From: Calditrichia bacterium
Lineage (GTDB): Bacteria > Calditrichota > Calditrichia > JAJRVZ01
Length of the DNA: 64,000 nt
Reading direction: 5' to 3'
NCBI GenBank assembly: GCA_963777955.1
Contig: CAVZSQ010000015.1
Location: 192,001 to 256,000, forward strand
This document shows positions 44,718 through 55,849 of this stretch, in pieces. The notes below the pieces were generated by a model. It saw only the letters and a program-made list of their open reading frames with translations, did not search any database and was not told the origin of the DNA. A program made the position numbers and the translations under genes. How positions within the stretch are numbered: the stretch's first letter is position 1; each line of letters opens with the position of its first letter.

Positions 44718-45590
44718 TCAGAAATTTGGTTTATACTTTATTTCGCCCCAACCAAGTTTTTCGCGTAAGATCGTAAAAAATTCGTGCTCAGGGGTTTGTA
44801 CCAGACGTACATAATACTCTGCCTTCTGTAACCTTATTTCAGTTTGCAGCGGAAAAGTGCCAATCATCTGTCCATCGCCAAAAATATTAAATTTACCATG
44901 TTCGCTTTCAATCTGGATGGATATTTCAAATTCATCCGAAATTATGATGGGCCGGTTGCTTAAAGTATGCGGGCAGATCGGATTGATGATGAAACTATTG
45001 GTCGAAGGCGCCACAATGGGTCCGCCGTTGGCCAGCGAATAGGCAGTAGAACCAGTCGGTGTGGAGATAATGATACCGTCAGCCAGATATGAATTCAACA
45101 GGTATCCGGCCACTTCCGTACGGATGGTGATTAACCTGGAAAAGCCCGCTTTATCGATCACAAAATCATTTAAAAAATACCTTGGTGCCTGCTGATTGAT
45201 CGTCAGTTTTAATAAACTTCTCTGCTCCACCTTCAATTTAGATTGAAAGTAATCGTTGATATGCAGCCAGGCCTTTTCAATCGAAGAAGAAGTCAGGAAA
45301 CCCAAGCCGCCTAAATTGATCCCTAAAATTGGTATTTCATAACTGCCGATTATCTGAGCAGTATGTAATAAGGTGCCATCACCGCCAAATGAAGTAATTA
45401 ATTGGACTGATTTTAACATGGTGGTAGTGTTAACACACTCGATTGCCGCAGGGATTTCAGCGCCTAACCGGTGAATTTCCTTATCGACAAAGATCTTATA
45501 ACGCTTAAGATCACCACCTGCGAAGAATGTTTCAAGCGCAGTTTTAATCACCGGCTTGTTGATGTTGGCAATTATACCAATTGAATGCAT
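44718..45590 (-). CDS. nadK: NAD(+) kinase
   Basis: GGDGTLL, NLGGLGFL, LND, ADGIIISTPTGSTAYSLANGG, PICPH. Confidence 0.95.
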   Translation of the reverse strand: MHSIGIIANINKPVIKTALETFFAGGDLKRYKIFVDKEIHRLGAEIPAAIECVNTTTMLKSVQLITSFGGDGTLLHTAQIIGSYEIPILGINLGGLGFLTSSSIEKAWLHINDYFQSKLKVEQRSLLKLTINQQAPRYFLNDFVIDKAGFSRLITIRTEVAGYLLNSYLADGIIISTPTGSTAYSLANGGPIVAPSTNSFIINPICPHTLSNRPIIISDEFEISIQIESEHGKFNIFGDGQMIGTFPLQTEIRLQKAEYYVRLVQTPEHEFFTILREKLGWGEIKYKPNF

Positions 45591-45631
45591 AACTTGAAAT
45601 AAATAGTTAGTTAAAGTAATTATTTAAATAA

Positions 45632-45856
45632 TTAAGTATCCAGTGGCTCAACTTTAAAATCAGATTCATCTTTTCCGCTGATTTTTTTAATTTTTTCTTC
45701 TACTTCTTTTAGCCTGGACATGCAAAAATTTATAATCTGCGATCCTTCTTCGTAATATTTAAGCATTTCATCAAGTTTTATATCACCGCGTTCCAGTTGA
45801 TTGACGATTTCTTCCAGCCTGGTCAGGGCTTCTTCAAATGATTGTTTTTTTGTCAT
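45632..45856 (-). CDS. xseB: Exodeoxyribonuclease VII small subunit
   Basis: SFEEALTRLEEIVNQLERG..L...YEEG. Confidence 0.95.
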   Translation of the reverse strand: MTKKQSFEEALTRLEEIVNQLERGDIKLDEMLKYYEEGSQIINFCMSRLKEVEEKIKKISGKDESDFKVEPLDT

Positions 45857-47039
45857 GGTATTTTTTTAACACTTTACTTTGTATTCCACCATCCCTTAAT
45901 TTCAGTTCAACAGTATCATTTATCGATACTTCCTCTACAGAAGTAATCAGCAGATCATCTTTAAAGACCAGAGAAAAACCCCGGTTCAGTACATTCTGCG
46001 GATTCAAAGCCTGTAAATGAGCATGTACTCCGGTTAATTTATCCCTGGCGTTTGAAAGATAGATATCTAAGCCATTATAAAATCTATGAGTTAGCTCATC
46101 GATACGTTGATTATATTGCGATATCAGGTCGGCAGGTCGCTTGAATCCATAACTTTTCTTTAAATTTTTGACAGAATCTTTCAGAGTTCTCAATTGTTTA
46201 ATAATCAGATTTTGTATGTTTCCTGCGGAATTGAGCAGATGCTGCCGGAGTTCTGCCTCATCGGCGGTCACTAATTCAGCCGCGGCTGAAGGAGTAGGTG
46301 CTCTTAGATCTGCAACAAAATCGGCAATAGTGAAGTCAATTTCATGTCCAACTGCCGAAATAATAGGGATTTTCGATTCAAAAATCGCCCTGGCGACGAT
46401 TTCTTCATTAAAAGGCCATAAATCCTCCAGGGAACCACCACCCCTGCCTATAATTAAAACCTCAGCTTGGCCATGCCTATTCATCGCCCGGATGGCCGCA
46501 GCTATTTCAGCGGCTGCCCCGTCGCCCTGAACCTTTACCCCATAAAGCAGCACACCGCGTGAAGGCGAGCGGCGTTTTAATACTGAAATTATATCCTTAA
46601 TCGCTGCACCGGTTGGCGAAGTGATAATGCCAATTGTATCCGGATAGGCCGGGATCTCCTTCTTGTATTTCTTATCAAAAAGACCTTCCTGTAATAATTT
46701 CTGCTTTAACTGCTCAAACTGAATCTGCAGATCGCCGATTCCGGATAAAATCAGGGACAGGATGTCGAACTGATAACGCCCGGCTTTCTCATAAACCTTC
46801 ACATTGCCTAAAGCACGTACCTTGGCGCCATCTTTTATCTCAAAGCCGATACTTTCAGCCCTGTTTCGCCACATCACACAGGCAATCTGTGCATCCTGAT
46901 CTTTGAGAGTAAAATAAAGGTGCCCGGAATAATGAGGTTTATAATTTGAAACTTCACCCTCGACCCATAAGGCAGGAAAACTATCTTCCAGCAGCACTTT
47001 TATATTGCGAGTCAGAGCAGAAACGGTATAAACTTGCAT
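45834..47039 (-). CDS. xseA: Exodeoxyribonuclease VII large subunit
   Basis: WVEGEVSN, SGHLYFTLKD, RGGGSLEDLWPFN, SAVGHEID, APTPSAAAE; start likely MQVYTVS. Confidence 0.96.
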   Translation of the reverse strand: MQVYTVSALTRNIKVLLEDSFPALWVEGEVSNYKPHYSGHLYFTLKDQDAQIACVMWRNRAESIGFEIKDGAKVRALGNVKVYEKAGRYQFDILSLILSGIGDLQIQFEQLKQKLLQEGLFDKKYKKEIPAYPDTIGIITSPTGAAIKDIISVLKRRSPSRGVLLYGVKVQGDGAAAEIAAAIRAMNRHGQAEVLIIGRGGGSLEDLWPFNEEIVARAIFESKIPIISAVGHEIDFTIADFVADLRAPTPSAAAELVTADEAELRQHLLNSAGNIQNLIIKQLRTLKDSVKNLKKSYGFKRPADLISQYNQRIDELTHRFYNGLDIYLSNARDKLTGVHAHLQALNPQNVLNRGFSLVFKDDLLITSVEEVSINDTVELKLRDGGIQSKVLKKYHDKKTII

Positions 47040-47108
47040 TAAACCACCACGGACCGATCTTCTTACAGCAGTGATGACGGGACCAAAACTTCCCGCCATC
47101 ACGACTTT

Positions 47109-47204
47109 TTATCTTATTTTCTTTTTATGCCGATCTTTCCTCAAGCGTTTTTTTCGCTTATGCGTCGCCATCTTATGTCGTTTCCGTTTTTTACCACTTG
47201 GCAT
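47109..47204 (-). CDS. Small ribosomal protein bS22 (AURKAIP1/COX24/mS38 family), 31 aa; not in ORF track
   Basis: AGGAGG RBS then MPSGKKRKRHKMATHKRKKRLRKDRHKKKIR*. Confidence 0.9.
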   Translation of the reverse strand: MPSGKKRKRHKMATHKRKKRLRKDRHKKKIR

Positions 47205-47230
47205 GGACTGGTTACCTCCTTTCCAGGAAT

Positions 47231-49083
47231 TTAAAAACTGCCTTCATCGTTGCGGACTTTTAAGCGGTCGCCCGGTTTTATCATATTTGATCTTTTATTA
47301 TTCCAGAGTTTTAATTTTTCAATGGTAATATCATAATGCTGGGCAATATCCCACAAAGTCTCCCCTTCGGTGACGATATGATAATTTTCACCGGTACTTA
47401 GTTCCGGTGGTTTTTCTTCCTTCTGGTCGGCAAACAGGGATGTTTCAGGTACCCAGATATCCAGTTTTTGATTCGGATAAATATATTGTCCATAATACAT
47501 CCCGTTCCATTCGCGGATCTTGCCTGCACGGGTATTAAACCGCTCGGCGATTTCACCCAGGGTATCACCTGCTTTGACAATATATTTGACCTTTTTGTAG
47601 CCTTTTAAATCGACTGCCGCCCGGGCTTTTTTCTTTCCGGAACTGCTGGGAACTGAACTGGCCAGCGTATAATAATTCTTGTTCTTGGGTACTGGCAGTA
47701 CGATATCCTGGTTAACCCTGATTCGTGTACCGTTCAATTTATTATATGTCTTCAATATCTCTAAGGTGGTACCGTATTTTTTCGCAATATCAGAAAGGGT
47801 CTCCCCTTTTTTCACGATGTGTCTGACCCAGGATCGCTTGCTTTCAGCAGGTATTTTGTTGTATTTTTCCCAGAACTGTGCTTTTTTACCCGGGGGTATG
47901 TTTAAAACACAGAACTCGACATCGGGAGGTGTGCACCAGCGTAGAATAGCCGGATTCAACTCTTTGATCACCTCAAAGGTAGTATCAGCGCATTGGGCTA
48001 TCATTTCCAAATCGATGCACTCTGAAATCAGCACTGTATCCGTGATAACCGGTTCCATTTTTTCCACATAAAATCCGTATTTTTTGGGATTAGACGCCAT
48101 AATACTGGCTGCGATATATGTCGGTACATAGTTCCGGGTTTGTCTGGGCAGTCTTTTTAATTGCCAGAAATCATCGGTATTATATTGCCGCATGCGGTTT
48201 TCGATCTTGCGGGGATTACAGTTATAGCCGGCCAGCGCCAGATACCAGTCGCCGAATCGCGCATATAGATCTGACAGGTGCCTGGCTGCCGCCTGAGTCG
48301 ATAAATACGGGTCTTTGCGTTCATCGAGCCACCAGCTGGTACGTAAACCATAGGCGCTACCGGTTCCTTTGATAAATTGCCAGATACCGGCAGCCCGGGC
48401 ATAGGAATAAGCTTTGGGATTCAAACCGCTTTCGATCATCGCCAGATAAAATAGTTCCTCGGGCAGGCCATGTTCTTTCAGTATCTTGCGTATTAATTGT
48501 TCATATCTGCCCGTGCGTTCCAGCCAGGCGGTAAAGACCTTGCGGCCCCGGGTCTGAAAATATTTGATAGCCAGTTCGACCTTGGGATTTATTTCCAGTG
48601 GAATGGCCGTTTGCAATGAATCTGACCCGAATGATGCAACGCCCATGCTGGTTGAATCACCGAATGTTTCCTCTTCAATATCTGACAACTCTTCCAGTAC
48701 TTCTTCAGCCTGCTGGTCGAAGGCTTCCTGCGGAAAGACGGTATCATAATCAGCCGTAATCTTTTTGAACAGACTATCAAAGGTTGACCATTCGCTCAAA
48801 GTCAATTTGGTCTCCTCATCGAAATTGGAAACTACCCCGAAGGCATTGTCGAAGTAAATACGGGCACCCAGTGTATCTTTGAATTGCAGAGAATTCAGCG
48901 CATGCTGATAATAAAGGTATAAAGAGTCAATCGCTGTTCTGATCTCTTTGGATAGAGTATATTTTGGCCGGTACATTCTTATCAGTAAAACCCGCACTTT
49001 TGCTCTGCGGAACAGTGTTTATTCGCGGTGCTGCAACTCAATAACATGATCATGAGAACAATCAAACACACTCTATAAACCAT
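47231..49083 (-). CDS. mltD: MltD-like lytic murein transglycosylase lipoprotein with three LysM domains (5' frameshift near 49000)
   Basis: LAMIESG, AAGIWQFI, ALAGYN, QTRNYVP, three LysM repeats; out-of-frame start MVYRVCLIVLMIMLLSC (lipobox) at 49083. Confidence 0.88.
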
Positions 49084-49135
49084 AAACCATTCCTTCTGTT
49101 TTAGTCAATATTCTGCCCTGCTGGATCAAGACGAT

Positions 49136-49609
49136 CTACTTGCTGTTGCGTATTTTTTCGATTAATCTCGAGGTAGATCTGTCTGCAATGACTGGAACAG
49201 TAATGACTTTACCGCCCCGGCGTTCTACTACATCCCTGCCTACGATCTCCTCAATTCTATAATCGCCACCTTTGATCAAAACATCAGGCAGAATTTCAGA
49301 GATTAATTGCAGGGGCGTATCTTCGCCGAAAATGCAGACGGCATCTACCATTTGGAGTTGCGAAAGAATATAGGCCCGGTCCTGCTCACTGGTGAAAGGA
49401 CGGCTGGCGCCCTTTAGACGCCGGACTGACAGGTCTGAATTTAAACCGATGACCAGGATATCACCATATGTTTTGGCAGCGGCCAGATACTCCAGATGGC
49501 CCCGGTGCAACAGATCGAAACAACCATTGGTAAAGACGATCTTTTTCGCACTGGAACGCCAGACTGCGCTTTGTGTTTTTAGTTCTGTTAAACTATAGAT
49601 TTTGCCCAA
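49136..49609 (-). CDS. rfaE2: D-glycero-beta-D-manno-heptose 1-phosphate adenylyltransferase
   Basis: FTNGCFDLLHRGH, GLNSD.SVRRLKG..RP, KGGDY, STS. Confidence 0.95.
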   Translation of the reverse strand: MGKIYSLTELKTQSAVWRSSAKKIVFTNGCFDLLHRGHLEYLAAAKTYGDILVIGLNSDLSVRRLKGASRPFTSEQDRAYILSQLQMVDAVCIFGEDTPLQLISEILPDVLIKGGDYRIEEIVGRDVVERRGGKVITVPVIADRSTSRLIEKIRNSK

Positions 49610-50600
49610 GACAGGCCTTGATTAGTTTCTGTTTTTCAATTGGCACAATGCCCACTTCTTCACAAACGATTCCAGCCGCATAATTTGCAATAGTCGCCGC
49701 TTCGGCATAGGAAGCTCCACCGTTCAGGGCAGCGGTCAGGGTGCTGATTACAGTGTCACCGGCACCTGAAACGTCGGCCACTTTTCTGACCCTGGTGGGT
49801 ATGTGAATCATTTCACCTCTTCCCTCCATTAATGACATGCCGCTGGCACCCCGGGTGAGCAACAGGCAATCTGGTGTTAATTTTTGCATTAATTTCTGGC
49901 AGGCGTTCCGCAAATCGTATTCAGACCTGATTTTAACTGCCAGCGCTTCCTCGGCCTCTTTAATATTCGGTTTGAATACTGTCACATTTTTGTAGTGCAA
50001 AAAATTATGAAACTTGGGATCTACAGTTATCAATAATTGCTGTTTGCGGGCCAGGTTAATACTGCGCTCGATTAATTGCGGCGTAAGAACACCTTTATTA
50101 TAATCCTGAAAAATAACTGCACTGCATCGAGGCATATGTTTTTTTAATTGCCGGTAGACCCGTTCTTCATCATATTCATCAATATTTTCATTCACTTCGC
50201 GATCGACCCGGGCAATGTGCTGAGTATGGCCGATGATCCTGGTTTTCACTGTGGTTGGACGGTTTTTATGCTGAATCACCGCAGAAACTTCAAGATTTTT
50301 TTGATGCATTAGTTTTTTAAAAGCCGCACCCATGGCATCAGTGCCAATTACACCGACAAGTACCGGGATACAGCCCAGATTTGATACATTCAAAGCCACG
50401 TTGGCGGCACCACCGAGATTTAAATGCTGTTCTTCGATTTCGATTATCGGTACGGGCGCCTCAGGAGAAATACGAGTCACCGATCCGACCAGATATTCGT
50501 CCAGCATAATATCACCAATGACCAGGATCCTTTTGCCCTGGAGTGTTTTGAATATCTTTTCCAGCCGTTTTCGAGAAATAGTGAGCAACCATAACCTCAA
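49593..50600 (-). CDS. rfaE1: D-glycero-beta-D-manno-heptose-7-phosphate kinase
   Basis: GDIMLDEY, RISPEAPVP, GGAANVA, QDYNKG, DVSGAGDTV. Confidence 0.95.
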   Translation of the reverse strand: MRLWLLTISRKRLEKIFKTLQGKRILVIGDIMLDEYLVGSVTRISPEAPVPIIEIEEQHLNLGGAANVALNVSNLGCIPVLVGVIGTDAMGAAFKKLMHQKNLEVSAVIQHKNRPTTVKTRIIGHTQHIARVDREVNENIDEYDEERVYRQLKKHMPRCSAVIFQDYNKGVLTPQLIERSINLARKQQLLITVDPKFHNFLHYKNVTVFKPNIKEAEEALAVKIRSEYDLRNACQKLMQKLTPDCLLLTRGASGMSLMEGRGEMIHIPTRVRKVADVSGAGDTVISTLTAALNGGASYAEAATIANYAAGIVCEEVGIVPIEKQKLIKACLGQNL

Positions 50601-50743
50601 TGTAAAATATGTACTAATTTAAAGATTGAATAGATCTTTCTCAACCATATTTTTTCCGTTAACTCTATATTTTTCCTTGTGTTCGAATAAAGTATGGAAT
50701 CCGTGATGGCAACCGAGAATCAGTCGGTTGGTGGTATTACCAG

Positions 50744-51034
50744 TCAGTCCAGTTTACTGAACTTCTTCTTAAATGCTGTGCCAAACAATTCTATAAAGGC
50801 GAATAAAAGCAGATTGAATACGCCCAGCAAGAAAATAATTTTAACCAGGATAGCCAGATAGGGGAGGTCAAAATTAGGCAGGATTACAACCGCTAAAGCA
50901 CTGATCCCGATAATCCAACTCATTATCTTTAATAATAAACTGAATCTTCGTTCGACCTGCTCTGATATTTTTACTTCCTGTTTTGCCGCTACGGCGCCGG
51001 TGCTTAATTTCTTATTTTTCTGCTTGTTAGACAT
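50744..51034 (-). CDS. Small hypothetical membrane protein (2 TM)
   Basis: 96-aa ORF with GAGGG RBS and two hydrophobic segments. Confidence 0.7.
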   Translation of the reverse strand: MSNKQKNKKLSTGAVAAKQEVKISEQVERRFSLLLKIMSWIIGISALAVVILPNFDLPYLAILVKIIFLLGVFNLLLFAFIELFGTAFKKKFSKLD

Positions 51035-51054
51035 ATTTCCCTCTGCTCTATATC

Positions 51055-52719
51055 TTATAATCCATCTTTGCGCGGATCACTCCAGCCGCTCCATTCCTGG
51101 TAATGCCTGTCCCACATGATTGCCTGGACATCTCCCAGCACACTCACCACTTTAATGCTGTGCCCCTGCTGTGTTAATTTCTGCAGTACATCGCTGGAAA
51201 AACCATTTACTTCGACAGCAATCGAATCAGGCAGCCATTGGTGATGAAAACGGGGTGCGCAAACCGCCTGGCGAATATTCATTTGATGGTCAATTACATT
51301 GGAAATCACCTGGGCGACTGTAGTGATTATGGTGGCTCCTCCGGGCGACCCAAGGATGAGAATTGTAGAATCGGATCGGGTGACAATAGTCGGCGACATT
51401 GAACTCAGCATTCGCTTGCCGGGAGCGATAGCATTAGCTTCACCGCCTGTCAAACCAAATGCATTGGGGACTCCGCTTTTAAGCGCGAAATCATCCATTT
51501 CGTCATTTAACAGGATTCCTGTACCTGCGATTACCACACCTGAACCGTAAGAATCATTGAGAGTATATGTATTGGATACCGTCATTCCCCCGGCGTCTAC
51601 TACTGAAAAATGGGTGGTTTGATCGGATTCTACTATTGTCGGGAAAGTGGCAGTGCTTGGCCGGGCATAATTAGGATTTATTGAATTAAATATTTTTTTC
51701 CCGGTGGATTTTGAGATGAGTGACTCGATCGGCATATTAATAAAATCAGGATCTCCCAGAAACTTGGCCCGGTCGGCATAAACCTGGCGTTCGATCTCAA
51801 CCCAGTAATGAATCAGTTCTGAACTGTTATGCCCTGATTTCCGCACATCGATGTTTTCCAGGGCATTGAAGATTTCGGCCAGCAGTACCCCTCCGGAACT
51901 GGGGGGTGCGGCTGAATAAATGGTATATCCCCGGTAATCGATGGAAATTGGTTTACGCCAGACGGCTTTATATTGTTTAAGGTCCCGGGCAGTAATAAGA
52001 CCGCCATTTTTTGCCATGGCAGTAATTATTTTTTCTGCCGTCAGGCCTGTATAAAATCCCGCGGCGCCCGCCGTCTGGATTATCCGCAAAGTTGAGGCCA
52101 GGTCTTTTTGAAACAGGGTATCATTCTCAGCCAGTGGTTTTCCTGCTTTGCTAAAAATTTCGCGACTTCCGGGAAACTGTTGCAGCAGGTCAAATTTTCT
52201 TTTCAGAGACAATGCCATACGACGGTCAATAATTATACCATTTCGAGCGAGATCGATAGCAGGCTGCAAAAGATCTGACCAGGGTAATCTGCCAAAACGC
52301 CGGTGGGCTTCATAAAACCCGGCAACCGTCCCGGGAACACCGCAGGCCAGGTATCCGCTCAGTGACGAATTCGGAATGACCTGGCCCAGGCTATCCAGAT
52401 ACATTGCGGGAGAGGCCGTCAGGGGTGCTCTTTCACGGTAATCAAGCATGGAGGCCTCTCCGTGCGGGAGCCGGATCAGCATAAATCCACCGCCGCCTAT
52501 ATTCCCGGCCTGGGGATACACTACTGCCAGGGCAAATCCTGTCGCTATAGCAGCATCAACCGCGTTGCCCCCATTTTTTAATATGGCGTTGCCAATTTCA
52601 GCAGCGCTGCTGCGGGTGGCCATGACCATGCCGCTTTTAGTATAAAGCGGAACAAGGGACTGTGACTGGATTTCGGTAATATATAAAAGCAGAATTGAGA
52701 TATATAAAATATATTTCAA
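51055..52719 (-). CDS. ggt: Gamma-glutamyltransferase
   Basis: GGNAVDAA, GNIGGGGF, DYRERAP, catalytic QTTHFS, LNDEMDDF, PGKRMLSSMSPT, GSPGG. Confidence 0.95.
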   Translation of the reverse strand: MKYILYISILLLYITEIQSQSLVPLYTKSGMVMATRSSAAEIGNAILKNGGNAVDAAIATGFALAVVYPQAGNIGGGGFMLIRLPHGEASMLDYRERAPLTASPAMYLDSLGQVIPNSSLSGYLACGVPGTVAGFYEAHRRFGRLPWSDLLQPAIDLARNGIIIDRRMALSLKRKFDLLQQFPGSREIFSKAGKPLAENDTLFQKDLASTLRIIQTAGAAGFYTGLTAEKIITAMAKNGGLITARDLKQYKAVWRKPISIDYRGYTIYSAAPPSSGGVLLAEIFNALENIDVRKSGHNSSELIHYWVEIERQVYADRAKFLGDPDFINMPIESLISKSTGKKIFNSINPNYARPSTATFPTIVESDQTTHFSVVDAGGMTVSNTYTLNDSYGSGVVIAGTGILLNDEMDDFALKSGVPNAFGLTGGEANAIAPGKRMLSSMSPTIVTRSDSTILILGSPGGATIITTVAQVISNVIDHQMNIRQAVCAPRFHHQWLPDSIAVEVNGFSSDVLQKLTQQGHSIKVVSVLGDVQAIMWDRHYQEWSGWSDPRKDGL

Positions 52720-52814
52720 GACCTGTACCTTTTTATCTCAGTTTGAAAACAGATTTCATATCTTTTTCAAAAGTATCCTGCGGATATTCAATTATTCCGC
52801 ACACTGTGCCGTCC

Positions 52815-53672
52815 TTAATTACTATCATGGGTACTGTCCGCGATACTATCCGCTGCTACTGGCGCTTTAAGTTGTTTTAATCTTCTGGCGGCAATTCCGC
52901 TTGAATCGATCAGTAAATAAGATACAATCAGGCTATCGGTACTGACCCGTTGGGCTGGTTTATCATTTAAGGTGAATTGAAGTCCATCAGCCCGGCCGAT
53001 AATAAATTCAAAGGTTTTAGCGGCATTTGTGGTCATCTGCTTGCCGCGTTTCAGCATATATTCCGCGGTATCATGCTTGTCCCGCACAATCCTGAACCAT
53101 GTACTGCGGAGTCCATATATCAATAAATTCAATTTTTTTTCGTCGAGTTGCACTGTAGCGGCGGTATCGACCGGAGCCGGCGGCTGCAGACTGGCGGCAA
53201 TGGACTGAACATCTATTTCTTTGACCGGTGCAGTCGCTTCGGTTTGCACGTTTTCAGTACTGCTCAACAGGAATACCAGTATAATCAGTATTATTACAAA
53301 AGGAATAAAAACAAAAATATTTTTCGATTTGATTATTGATTTGTATTCCAGAATGGTTGCCCATTTCCCGGTTTTTCCGGCCGCTGGCGGACTGGTAATT
53401 GCCAGATCGCGCGGCTGATTTCTGATCTGGCTGCGCAAGCGGTAAAACTGCTCCATGTATTCTTCTTCGTCAAGTGCAAGCGCCCTCAGGTAAGAGCGGA
53501 AAAAAAGATGATCATAGGCAGCGGGTAATTCCTGTAATTTTCCCTGTTCAATCGCCTCCAGGTATTTAATCTGAATGCGGTATTTCCGGGCGATATCAGC
53601 CAGCGGTACGCCCTTTTCTTCCCGCTGTTGTTTTAACTTTAAAAATAATTCGTTTCCGGAAATAGTACCCAT
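52815..53672 (-). CDS. RodZ-like protein (HTH + TM + DUF4115-type domain)
   Basis: N-terminal HTH (REEKG..L.DIA...RI..YLEAIE.G), single TM, C-terminal TWFRI...G. Confidence 0.8.
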   Translation of the reverse strand: MGTISGNELFLKLKQQREEKGVPLADIARKYRIQIKYLEAIEQGKLQELPAAYDHLFFRSYLRALALDEEEYMEQFYRLRSQIRNQPRDLAITSPPAAGKTGKWATILEYKSIIKSKNIFVFIPFVIILIILVFLLSSTENVQTEATAPVKEIDVQSIAASLQPPAPVDTAATVQLDEKKLNLLIYGLRSTWFRIVRDKHDTAEYMLKRGKQMTTNAAKTFEFIIGRADGLQFTLNDKPAQRVSTDSLIVSYLLIDSSGIAARRLKQLKAPVAADSIADSTHDSN

Positions 53673-53675
53673 AGT

Positions 53676-55379
53676 TCACACTAAGTTCAGGTCCCTGATT
53701 CTCATCTGGATAGTCGTCTGACCATTCCAGGTATTTTCCTCAATGACATAAGCCGCATCCATCTTCTGGCCATACGGTTTAATCTCGTTTTTGAGTTTCC
53801 CGAAATTATAAGCAATGGCATCGATGACGATGCCGTCATTTTTCACCTTCAATTTTAAATGGTTATTGCCCAGGACTCCGACATCGCCTAAGATTTCAAT
53901 ATTACGGGTGACAAAAATTGGCCGCATATTTTGTGGACCATAGGGTGCCAGCAGTTTAAGCCATTTTAAAAATTTGGCATCCAGTTGTCGCAGAGATATT
54001 TCCGATTCAATTTCCAGGGTAGGGGTCAGATCGTTTTCATTTATCATCTGGTCAGAAAATATTTGCATCTGGTTGCGCAATAAATCTATATTTTCTTCGC
54101 GGACTGTCAGGCCGGCGGCAAATTTATGACCGCCAAAATTATCCAGCAGGTTGCGCATGGAATTCAGTGCCTGATAAATATCAAAATTAAGTGTGGAGCG
54201 GGCTGACCCTTTACCGATACCGTCTTTTAATGAGATTAAAATAGTCGGCCGGTTGAACCGTTCCATAATTCGTGAAGCGACAATACCTATGACACCCGGA
54301 TGCCAGTCCTTTTTGGCCAGTATCAGAACTTTACTGATATGCAGGTCGATACTCTCTTCAACTAATCGCAGTGCTTCCTGACAGGTGGTTTCATCGATAT
54401 CCCGCCGGGTTTTATTTTCCGATTCAAGTACTTTCGCAATACTGCGCGACTGTTGCAGGCTGGAGGAGGTCAGCAGGTGCACTGCTTTTTTGGCGCTGGA
54501 CATACGCCCTACCGCATTTAATCTGGGCGCCAGTACAAAAACGATGCTGGAGACATTGACTTCCTTGCCCAGCATGGATGAACTTTCCAGCAAGGCGAAA
54601 ATACCGTGACGGGGATTGGAATTAATAATTTCCAGCCCATATCTGACAAAGACCCGGTTTTCATCCAGCAAGGGAACGATATCTGCCGCTGTACCGATGG
54701 CTACCAGATCCAGATAAGGCTCCAGTTCCGAGGAGTGGTATCCCAGATTGGCATATAAACCCTGCAGTAATTTGTAGGCCACCCCGACACCGGCCAGTTC
54801 TTTAAACGGGTAAGTACATTGTTTTTGCTTGGGATTCAGGATAGCATAGGCTTCGGGTTTCGTTTCAGCAGGTTCATGATGATCACAGACGATTACATCG
54901 ATTCCCAGATCCTTGGCTTGTTTTATTTCCAGGTTGGCGGTAACACCGCAATCGGTGGTAATAATTAGATTGATACCCTTGGAAGCAGCAAATTGAACAC
55001 CATATTCTGATAAGCCATAACCTTCGGTGATACGGTTAGGGATATAAAAGGAAACTTTGCCGCCCAGTTTAAATAAAACATCATATAACAGCGAGACCGA
55101 AGTAATACCATCCACATCATAATCACCATAGATAAGTATATTTTCCCCTTCCCGCAGAGCCGTAATCAGGCGATTAACCCCTTTATCCATATCGTACATC
55201 AGAAAAGGATCGTGCATATGATCCAGTTTCGGGGCGAGAAAGTTATTGATACTTTCCGGGGTTAACAGATTACGTTCCAGCAAGAGCCGGGCCAGGATGG
55301 AATTGATTTCGTTCTGGGATTGAATGAGAGATATAGAATTTTCTTCACCAGGTTTCTTTAAGATCCACCTGTAATTCAT
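53676..55379 (-). CDS. recJ: ssDNA-specific exonuclease RecJ
   Basis: GDYDVDG, TTDCG, CDHH, LAGVGVA, GTAADIVPL, PRLNAVGR, GGHKFAAG. Confidence 0.97.
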   Translation of the reverse strand: MNYRWILKKPGEENSISLIQSQNEINSILARLLLERNLLTPESINNFLAPKLDHMHDPFLMYDMDKGVNRLITALREGENILIYGDYDVDGITSVSLLYDVLFKLGGKVSFYIPNRITEGYGLSEYGVQFAASKGINLIITTDCGVTANLEIKQAKDLGIDVIVCDHHEPAETKPEAYAILNPKQKQCTYPFKELAGVGVAYKLLQGLYANLGYHSSELEPYLDLVAIGTAADIVPLLDENRVFVRYGLEIINSNPRHGIFALLESSSMLGKEVNVSSIVFVLAPRLNAVGRMSSAKKAVHLLTSSSLQQSRSIAKVLESENKTRRDIDETTCQEALRLVEESIDLHISKVLILAKKDWHPGVIGIVASRIMERFNRPTILISLKDGIGKGSARSTLNFDIYQALNSMRNLLDNFGGHKFAAGLTVREENIDLLRNQMQIFSDQMINENDLTPTLEIESEISLRQLDAKFLKWLKLLAPYGPQNMRPIFVTRNIEILGDVGVLGNNHLKLKVKNDGIVIDAIAYNFGKLKNEIKPYGQKMDAAYVIEENTWNGQTTIQMRIRDLNLV

Positions 55380-55407
55380 ATGATCTCCAATCTTTTTTTA
55401 AAGATTG

Positions 55408-55833
55408 GATCCGGAGAAATTCGATAAGCCGAATTCTGTATCCCGGTTACCCGGGACAGTAATCATTCATCTTGCCGGTCCATCACTGAACCGGTCACGC
55501 GATCTACCCAGGAGTCTGCTTGAGTTCAGCACGAAATGCGGCATTTCGTATTCCTCGATTAAAGAATTGCTCCTCTATTTGATCTTGCATCAGACAGGGT
55601 TTGTCGTGCCTTTGCCATTATGGTACCTCGTCAGAGGTATTCCCCGTGGAACAAAGCGGTGAGCTCTTACCTCACCTTTTCACCCTTATCCCGAGTTAAC
55701 GGGACGGTATGTTTTCTGTGACACTTTCCGTCCTCGAATCAACTTCGAAGCTCCTGAATTTCTCAGGATGTCTGCCCTTTGATGTTCGGACTTTCCTCTC
55801 CTTTCAGAGCGATTACTTGAATTTCTCCGGATC
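55408..55833 (-). ncRNA. rnpB: RNase P RNA (bacterial type A)
   Basis: GAGGAAAGTCC near the 5' end, AAGGGTGAAAAGGTGAGGTAAGAGCTCACC, ACAGAATTCGGCTTA near the 3' end; terminal P1 stem gatccggagaaattc/gaatttctccggatc. Confidence 0.95.
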
Positions 55834-55849
55834 TATTTATTTTACTTAT

